A stretch of 20,000 bases of DNA from an uncultured virus (IMG/VR IMGVR_UViG_3300022555_000013) (Duplodnaviria; Heunggongvirae; Uroviricota; Caudoviricetes): the IMG/VR virus record IMGVR_UViG_3300022555_000013; one strand, written 5' to 3'. Below are positions 14,417-20,000 of the stretch, piece by piece. The notes beneath the pieces are model-generated. The model did no database searches. It saw nothing but the letters and a program-made list of their open reading frames with translations, and was not told the DNA's origin. How positions within the stretch are numbered: position 1 is the stretch's first letter; every line of letters begins with the position of its first letter. The position numbers and the translations under genes were made by a program.

Positions 14417-15346
14417 ATGAGAAATTGTTTTGCCATAACATCATACTGTGATACTCCAAAAAAAGTGGATGATCTAAAAAAATGTATTAACGGTCTGAAG
14501 AGATTTGATACTGACATTTTAATTGTTGCTCATTATCCATTGGATTTGGAAATTCAAACGCTGGTTAAATACTATATTTATGATTCAAGTAATCCAGTTA
14601 TACAGGATGGTTCAAAAATTATAGTACGGTGGAGGCAATTGGGAGATAAACTTTTAACAATTCGAACACCCGATTATTCGTTTGCTGTAATGAATTTGTG
14701 GATCAAATCTCTAATATTTTTGAAAAATAATTATGACAACATCCATATTATCAACTATGATATTGAAATAACAGATTTTATTTTTGAAAATCACCAACTG
14801 CAATTAAATGATCATAATATGGTATTTGAGTGTGATTTATCAGTAAATATTTCTGCCGTCTTTTTTTCAATTAAAAGCACATTTATTGATACATTTCTAC
14901 TTGAATTAACATTAGACAAATATATGCTGTCCATAGATAATATGTTGGAGGGTTATATGAAGGAGTTCATTGAAAAACTCACTAACGTTAAACTTCTATA
15001 TTACGCATCTCATATTACTAACGTAAGTACTGATATTTTTTCAGGATTTGAGTTGCTCAGAATGTCAAAATGCTATGTTTTTGGCGGATTAAATCACAAA
15101 ACAAACATGTTTGAAATTATTTTTTATGATATTACCAATCAAATAAATGAAATTGTTATAAATATTGATAGTAATATTTTTAAAACCACAAATATAAATA
15201 CCTATTATTCTTTTAAAAGTCCATTTTCAATCAGTCACATTTATAAATTAATTGATGATGGAAAAATTAATATTACAGTTGACAACGAAGCCGTAAGTGA
15301 CTATATTCTTCAATCAATCAAAAACCAATCTATAAAGCAAGATTAA
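14417..15346 (+). CDS. Hypothetical protein, possible glycosyltransferase-like N-terminal domain
   Basis: 309 aa; FAITSY...ILIVAHYP...YYIYD..NP...IHIINYD is loosely GT-A-like; function is a guess. Confidence 0.7.
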   Translation: MRNCFAITSYCDTPKKVDDLKKCINGLKRFDTDILIVAHYPLDLEIQTLVKYYIYDSSNPVIQDGSKIIVRWRQLGDKLLTIRTPDYSFAVMNLWIKSLIFLKNNYDNIHIINYDIEITDFIFENHQLQLNDHNMVFECDLSVNISAVFFSIKSTFIDTFLLELTLDKYMLSIDNMLEGYMKEFIEKLTNVKLLYYASHITNVSTDIFSGFELLRMSKCYVFGGLNHKTNMFEIIFYDITNQINEIVINIDSNIFKTTNINTYYSFKSPFSISHIYKLIDDGKINITVDNEAVSDYILQSIKNQSIKQD

Positions 15347-15418
15347 ACTAATGGCAAGTAAAAGACTATATAAAGTTCGAAATGAAAAAAGCGAAAGACA
15401 CATTTAATCCAAGCAAAG

Positions 15419-15721
15419 ATGAAAATACTAACGCTTAATATGTTAAGGGAATTGATTGCATCTGGCAAAACGAATAAAATCAAAATGAAAACCAGATACA
15501 TTGCCCATCATGATCATTGCAGGACCAGTACCGATAAAACTAACATTGAGGGTAATTTTAAAATTACTGAATATACCGATCCACAACCATTCTGGATACT
15601 GGAATGGAGTACTGACGAGGGTGATCCCAACATATCATTGCATAGTGAAGAACAAGAAATAAATTTTATTTCTGATTCTTCCGATTCAGATTTCGAATAT
15701 TTATTATACATTAGCATATGA
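15419..15721 (+). CDS. Hypothetical protein
   Basis: 100-aa ORF. Confidence 0.65.
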   Translation: MKILTLNMLRELIASGKTNKIKMKTRYIAHHDHCRTSTDKTNIEGNFKITEYTDPQPFWILEWSTDEGDPNISLHSEEQEINFISDSSDSDFEYLLYISI

Positions 15722-15933
15722 AAATATTAAATGTAACGTTATTGATAATTGGGGTTGTGTATATTTGTACCAAAAAGGAAATATAATGTAGAAATATATG
15801 AAAAACATCCTGATGGTACTATTACAAAATTTAATTCATATGTTATTGATGATACCACAGGTATAGCAAAAAGATTTCCGAATAGCACTTACGAAATTAT
15901 AATCAAATAATAATAACCAAAAAACCAAATAAA

Positions 15934-16266
15934 ATGAAAAATTTAAATCCAAAAGTTAGTTACAATGATGTTTTAACAACGTTATTGGACAGAAAAGATC
16001 AGTGGGTTAAAGCTCCCGCAATTATCAAAGCAGTGCCAGAATTAAAAAGTGATTCACAGGTACGGCAAGCCATTCATTATTTGAGGGCTAAATCAAATGA
16101 ACCTATCATCTCATCCAGTTCAGGCTACATGCATTGTTCAAATCGCAATGAAGTAATCAAGTGCTTGGAGCAGTTGAAAAGACGGGCCAAGAACATCCGC
16201 AAGGCTGAAAAAGGCTTGAAAAAGGCACTCAAGGGAATGAAGAAAACCAAAAAGATTAAAAACTAA
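15934..16266 (+). CDS. Winged helix-turn-helix DNA-binding protein
   Basis: APAII...DSQVRQAIHYLR...PIISSSSGY wHTH pattern with basic C-terminal helix. Confidence 0.7.
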   Translation: MKNLNPKVSYNDVLTTLLDRKDQWVKAPAIIKAVPELKSDSQVRQAIHYLRAKSNEPIISSSSGYMHCSNRNEVIKCLEQLKRRAKNIRKAEKGLKKALKGMKKTKKIKN

Positions 16267-16544
16267 TGAACGGCTTTACTGTAATACTCGCAATTGTTGT
16301 GGTTTTTATTATACTGATGGTGATAATTTCAAACCTTCAGGCAAGCCGTGACATAAAAATAACCGATAGGATTAAAAAAATCCAGCGGGAAATTATCAAA
16401 GCTAAAACTGAAGATGAGCTAATAACTCTATCGTTAGAATTAACCGATATCTTCAAAACCGCATCTGGAGATGATTTAAAAGTAACCATAAACACCCTCA
16501 TTAGTGTCATTAAAGACAAAATTGATATTGACTTCAAAGACTAA
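16266..16544 (+). CDS. Membrane-anchored hypothetical protein
   Basis: N-terminal TM helix; TAATG overlap. Confidence 0.75.
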   Translation: MNGFTVILAIVVVFIILMVIISNLQASRDIKITDRIKKIQREIIKAKTEDELITLSLELTDIFKTASGDDLKVTINTLISVIKDKIDIDFKD

Positions 16545-16547
16545 TAA

Positions 16548-17120
16548 ATGGAAAATTCAAAAAAATTCATTTCTAAATTAATTAATAGTTCTCAGGAACG
16601 GGTGGTTTGGCATAAAACCCAAATGCAAGAAGTTTACAAAGGCAAAGAATTGTATCCAGAATGGTATAAGGAATGGCTGAGAGAGCTTAAAAATTCGGAA
16701 ATGATATGGCTCAAATCATTACAGGATGAGTCTTATTGGGTTGAAGTTGATATGAATGCCGCCAGAATACAGTCTATCGTATATTTTATTGAGCAACTTC
16801 ACACACTCACAAAACCACTTCTGCCGACTACCTCAAGAGAAAATATCGATAAAGCAATGGATATGATCTTTGATGTTATTGATGAGCATCAATTGAAAGG
16901 TGATTTTCTATTTGTTGATGACTGTATATTATTTTTTACAAAAAGAATTAATAACCCTTGGGCAAATTGTACATTTTCATTATACATTAGTTTTTTAACA
17001 ATTACTGGGCGGTACCGTGATAAATTAAAAAATTATGAAATTCTCAGAGAATGTGCAATTGCCGAAGGCAGATTAATTATGGCAACAGAAGACGTAGAAT
17101 CAACACTAACTGGATTATAA
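16548..17120 (+). CDS. Hypothetical protein
   Basis: 190-aa ORF. Confidence 0.8.
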   Translation: MENSKKFISKLINSSQERVVWHKTQMQEVYKGKELYPEWYKEWLRELKNSEMIWLKSLQDESYWVEVDMNAARIQSIVYFIEQLHTLTKPLLPTTSRENIDKAMDMIFDVIDEHQLKGDFLFVDDCILFFTKRINNPWANCTFSLYISFLTITGRYRDKLKNYEILRECAIAEGRLIMATEDVESTLTGL

Positions 17121-17486
17121 AAATTAGTACTTATGAAAAAATTTAAATTTGTAGTAACGTTCATCTTGGTAATTGGACTGTTTAGCTCAGCCGTTATATT
17201 TTTTATGCCGCCAACAGCCAACGGACAGAACAACGATATGCACCACATTGGCGATAAACAACCAATGCCGCATATCACAAAAACATTAGTGATAACGTGG
17301 AAAGATGATGGAGCAATGTCGCTTGGCACCAAACTTAATGAGCTATCCAAAAAGTATACCATTGTTCAGGTGGTGCCCACGGAATACATTGGCACCACGT
17401 ATTGTTATCATCTTTCAGAGGCAATTATATTGCTCGAAACAAAATAAACAACAGAAGACGTAGAATCAACACTAACTTGATTATAA
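17083..17486 (+). repeat. 38-bp direct repeats (17083-17120 and 17449-17486) flanking one gene
   Basis: CAACAGAAGACGTAGAATCAACACTAACT(G/T)GATTATAA, 37/38 identical. Confidence 0.9.
17133..17447 (+). CDS. Secreted or membrane-anchored hypothetical protein
   Basis: MKKFKFVVTFILVIGLFSSAVIFF signal/TM segment. Confidence 0.8.
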   Translation: MKKFKFVVTFILVIGLFSSAVIFFMPPTANGQNNDMHHIGDKQPMPHITKTLVITWKDDGAMSLGTKLNELSKKYTIVQVVPTEYIGTTYCYHLSEAIILLETK

Positions 17487-17530
17487 CATGGATAAAGCAT
17501 ATTTAAAAGAATATAGTAAAAGTGACGGAA

Positions 17531-17580
17531 TTGCCGATCTGAATTTGATAAAATTTTGCCGATCTGAATTTGATAAAATT
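17531..17580 (+). repeat. 25-bp perfect tandem duplication
   Basis: TTGCCGATCTGAATTTGATAAAATT x2. Confidence 0.9.
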
Positions 17581-17839
17581 TCGGATTAATTCTTTACTTA
17601 AAAATTGTCAAAAACGAAAAGTTATGGATATGGAAACAAAACAGCGCATTATCGAAATGTGCAACCTTGTTCAAAGCACGGTTTCCAAGGAAATGACTAA
17701 GGAATTAAAAAAACAAAAGAAGGAAGGTAAAGAATTTCTTTCTGATAAGGAAATTGATAAAATTGTTGATGATGCAATAGCAGATAATGGAAGAAAAACT
17801 TCTGGGTGCCTGAATATATCTGATAATTATGTAGAATAA
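17570..17839 (+). CDS. Hypothetical protein (start uncertain)
   Basis: ORF; could start at the internal MDMETKQR, or at 17488 if the 25-bp duplication is removed. Confidence 0.6.
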   Translation: MIKFRINSLLKNCQKRKVMDMETKQRIIEMCNLVQSTVSKEMTKELKKQKKEGKEFLSDKEIDKIVDDAIADNGRKTSGCLNISDNYVE

Positions 17840-17855
17840 ATTAAAAAATTCACTT

Positions 17856-18302
17856 ATGAAAATGGAAGAAAATATCAACATTGACATTAAAAATGCAATG
17901 ATTGAAAAAAATGAGGTTAAATTAGAAGCCCTCAGGACTATTAAAACTTCTATCCAGACAGAAAAAGCTAAAGAAGGCACAGAGCTTTCCGATGAGCAAG
18001 TTATTAAATTGATTCAAACGCTTGTCAGTAAAAGGACCGAATCTGTCACCCAATACACTCAAGGTGGAAGACCAGACTTGGCTGATCATGAAAATGATTT
18101 GATTGCAATATTCAAATTATATCTTCCTGAACAGTTAAGCGAATCGGAAATTGAATCGAAGGTTAAGGAAATTATTGCAACTCTTGGTGCCACATCCATT
18201 AAAGATATGGGTAAGGTAATGACTGCTGCTAATGCTGAATTTACTGGGAAAGCCAATCCAAAAAGTGTTGGAATGATTGTTAAAAACCTTTTAAGCAAAT
18301 AA
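17856..18302 (+). CDS. yqeY: GatB/YqeY domain protein
   Basis: DIKNAM...LEALRTIKT...KRTESVTQYTQGGRPDLA..E...YLPEQLSE.EI...GATSIKDMGKVM...GKA is the classic YqeY pattern. Confidence 0.92.
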   Translation: MKMEENINIDIKNAMIEKNEVKLEALRTIKTSIQTEKAKEGTELSDEQVIKLIQTLVSKRTESVTQYTQGGRPDLADHENDLIAIFKLYLPEQLSESEIESKVKEIIATLGATSIKDMGKVMTAANAEFTGKANPKSVGMIVKNLLSK

Positions 18303-18304
18303 TC

Positions 18305-19150
18305 ATGGAAAAAATAAAAGTTATATCGAAAGAAAAGCATTTTTTTGAATATATTAAAGCTCGTGCCCCATTTTATGGGGTATTTGGCAGACGATATTTC
18401 ATTGACAAAGATGGTGTTCATTACCCAGAGGATTTGCAATTTATGGTACTGGATGAAAACTTTAAAGTTACATTTAAGCATCCGCCATTTAAAAAAGGTA
18501 ATTTTACTCCAGACGTAAAAAGGCGAATTGCTGCAATAGAAAAAAAGAAATCCCCAGATGATTTAAGAACAGAAAGTACGGTTGAAGATTTAATTACAAA
18601 TCTATTGGTTAGTGCGTCACTCGACTGGTCATCTAATACTTATGAAAAATATGATGGAAAAGATGAAGAAGGTAAGACAATAGAAGAACTTCTCGAACTT
18701 CATTTTAAAAGAATTCCAGAAGAAATTCTTGACATTGAGCCATCATCTGAAGAATTTGAAGCTTTAGAATCGGCTGAGGATTTTCATAATAATTGCATCA
18801 AACCAAATTCTGATAGCACATTTGACCGATCCATTGAATACTATTTTTATACTGAAAAGGGACAAAAAATGGTTGATAAGTGCATTGAATTTGAAAAGAA
18901 CAATACATCAAAAACGCCTGTTCAGGATGCATGGATTAAAGTTCTTGAAAAAAATGGGCTACCAGTGCATGAACCATTTTCAGATTGGTGTGATTTACCA
19001 GTCATGAAGAATATAGATTATTCTTCAAGGGAAGAGCTTGATAAAAAGCACGATGATGAACAACGCAAATTCAAAGAAAGCCTTACCCCAGAAATGAAAA
19101 AAATGATGCGGGAAACAGCCGAAAGAATGAAAAATGAGTCAAAAAAATGA
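18305..19150 (+). CDS. Hypothetical protein
   Basis: 281-aa ORF. Confidence 0.85.
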   Translation: MEKIKVISKEKHFFEYIKARAPFYGVFGRRYFIDKDGVHYPEDLQFMVLDENFKVTFKHPPFKKGNFTPDVKRRIAAIEKKKSPDDLRTESTVEDLITNLLVSASLDWSSNTYEKYDGKDEEGKTIEELLELHFKRIPEEILDIEPSSEEFEALESAEDFHNNCIKPNSDSTFDRSIEYYFYTEKGQKMVDKCIEFEKNNTSKTPVQDAWIKVLEKNGLPVHEPFSDWCDLPVMKNIDYSSREELDKKHDDEQRKFKESLTPEMKKMMRETAERMKNESKK

Positions 19151-19415
19151 AATACTCAAAAATCTAACTGAATTAATAGGTAAAGAACTATTTGTTTCTC
19201 CTGATGAACTATCTCCATCGGAGAAACAAATAATTGATATTAGTGCTGGTATTATAAGCTCTTTGGACAACGATTTAGCAGATTTGCAAAAAAAATATCG
19301 TGAGCTGGAGATATTATTTTACGAATGGGCAATCATGTTAATTAATAAATATAAGGTTGAATTTATTCAAGAAATTAGAAAACGTAAATTAAAAAAGATT
19401 AACGATGCATTATAA
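19134..19415 (+). CDS. Hypothetical protein with RKRKLKKI tail
   Basis: 93-aa ORF. Confidence 0.75.
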   Translation: MSQKNEILKNLTELIGKELFVSPDELSPSEKQIIDISAGIISSLDNDLADLQKKYRELEILFYEWAIMLINKYKVEFIQEIRKRKLKKINDAL

Positions 19416-19725
19416 TATCAAGCGTGGTGAAATCCCAATTTCTTTAGGTCCTTGTAAGTTTTGTGATAATATTTCATCATCATGCATCAAAACCACCGAT
19501 GTAGCTGTATGCATAAAAGAATTCAGCACAAAGCATTATAATATGCAACCAATGAGAATTAAAGATGTTATGTTTGAAGTTGGGGAATCATATGAAATTA
19601 CTGATGTTGAATGTGATAATACTGGGCAGCATGCACTTTATATTAAAAATGATTTTGGCAGAACTTGGTTTATACTTAAATACAATTACCAGATCAGCGG
19701 AATGGGGTTAACTAACTGTTATTAA
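19405..19725 (+). CDS. Hypothetical Cys-containing protein
   Basis: 106-aa ORF overlapping previous stop. Confidence 0.7.
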   Translation: MHYNIKRGEIPISLGPCKFCDNISSSCIKTTDVAVCIKEFSTKHYNMQPMRIKDVMFEVGESYEITDVECDNTGQHALYIKNDFGRTWFILKYNYQISGMGLTNCY

Positions 19726-19781
19726 AAATTTAACAAAACTTACTAAAATCTAACATTATCTACAACCAATTTTATTTTACT

Positions 19782-19835
19782 AAAAATGAGTTTTTTACTT
19801 TAATATATAGTATTTATAGTTGATGTTCTTTGATA
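19782..19835 (+). promoter_or_regulatory. Phage-type promoter AAAATGAGTTTTT-n-TAATATATA followed by boxA-like GTTCTTTGATA
   Basis: Near-identical motif on the minus strand at 421-450 upstream of the 1-402 gene. Confidence 0.6.
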
Positions 19836-20000
19836 TAGTGGTTGTTAGATAAAAACTTATCTAACGTAAAATCAAAAAAGTAAAAACAGTGGTTTGAAAC
19901 ATAATCATAACTAATTTTAGATTTTATAGGGAGCCGTACTCCCGAATTAACGCTTTTGGAGATTATGTAAGACATTTAAACTTAACTTGTTAAGTGAATA

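Noticed and set aside
17083..17580. CRISPR array
   Set aside because: Only two copies of each repeat, with either a whole gene or no spacer between them.
1139..18481. Other antisense or nested ORFs in the track (e.g. 1687-2022, 13997-14359, 17033-17362, 18086-18481)
   Set aside because: Overlap longer, better-supported genes on the opposite strand.
1..20000. Stop-codon reassignment
   Set aside because: Genes pack tightly under code 11, TGA and TAG end plausible ORFs, and no suppressor anticodon (CUA/UCA) was seen.

Overview
AT-rich, gene-dense segment that looks like a jumbo/huge phage of a Bacteroidota host: recurrent TAnnTTTG -7 promoter elements, A-rich translation starts without Shine-Dalgarno, many short hypothetical ORFs and phage-type auxiliary genes. 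Recognisable proteins are a GT9-family glycosyltransferase, a stand-alone BRCT protein, a short TrpRS, an acyl carrier protein, a double-HNH endonuclease, a ParB-like protein, a SAM methyltransferase, a wHTH protein and a GatB/YqeY protein. The centre of the window is an RNA island. It holds (i) a ~1 kb GC-rich, extensively base-paired non-coding region (6651-7665) behind a duplicated promoter with an rRNA-type boxA, and (ii) a tRNA array (8382-11430) restricted to Ser x4, Lys x3, His x2, Phe x2, Trp x2 plus several degenerate tRNA-like elements. The most striking observation lies just upstream of the array: a 29-codon leader ORF with a terminator/antiterminator pair. Its 13 consecutive codons upstream of the antiterminator (SKHSKSFKFWSSH) are exactly the amino acids served by the array, which suggests a ribosome-stalling attenuator that switches on replacement tRNAs when those tRNAs are depleted. 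All structure calls are by eye; no database searches were run.
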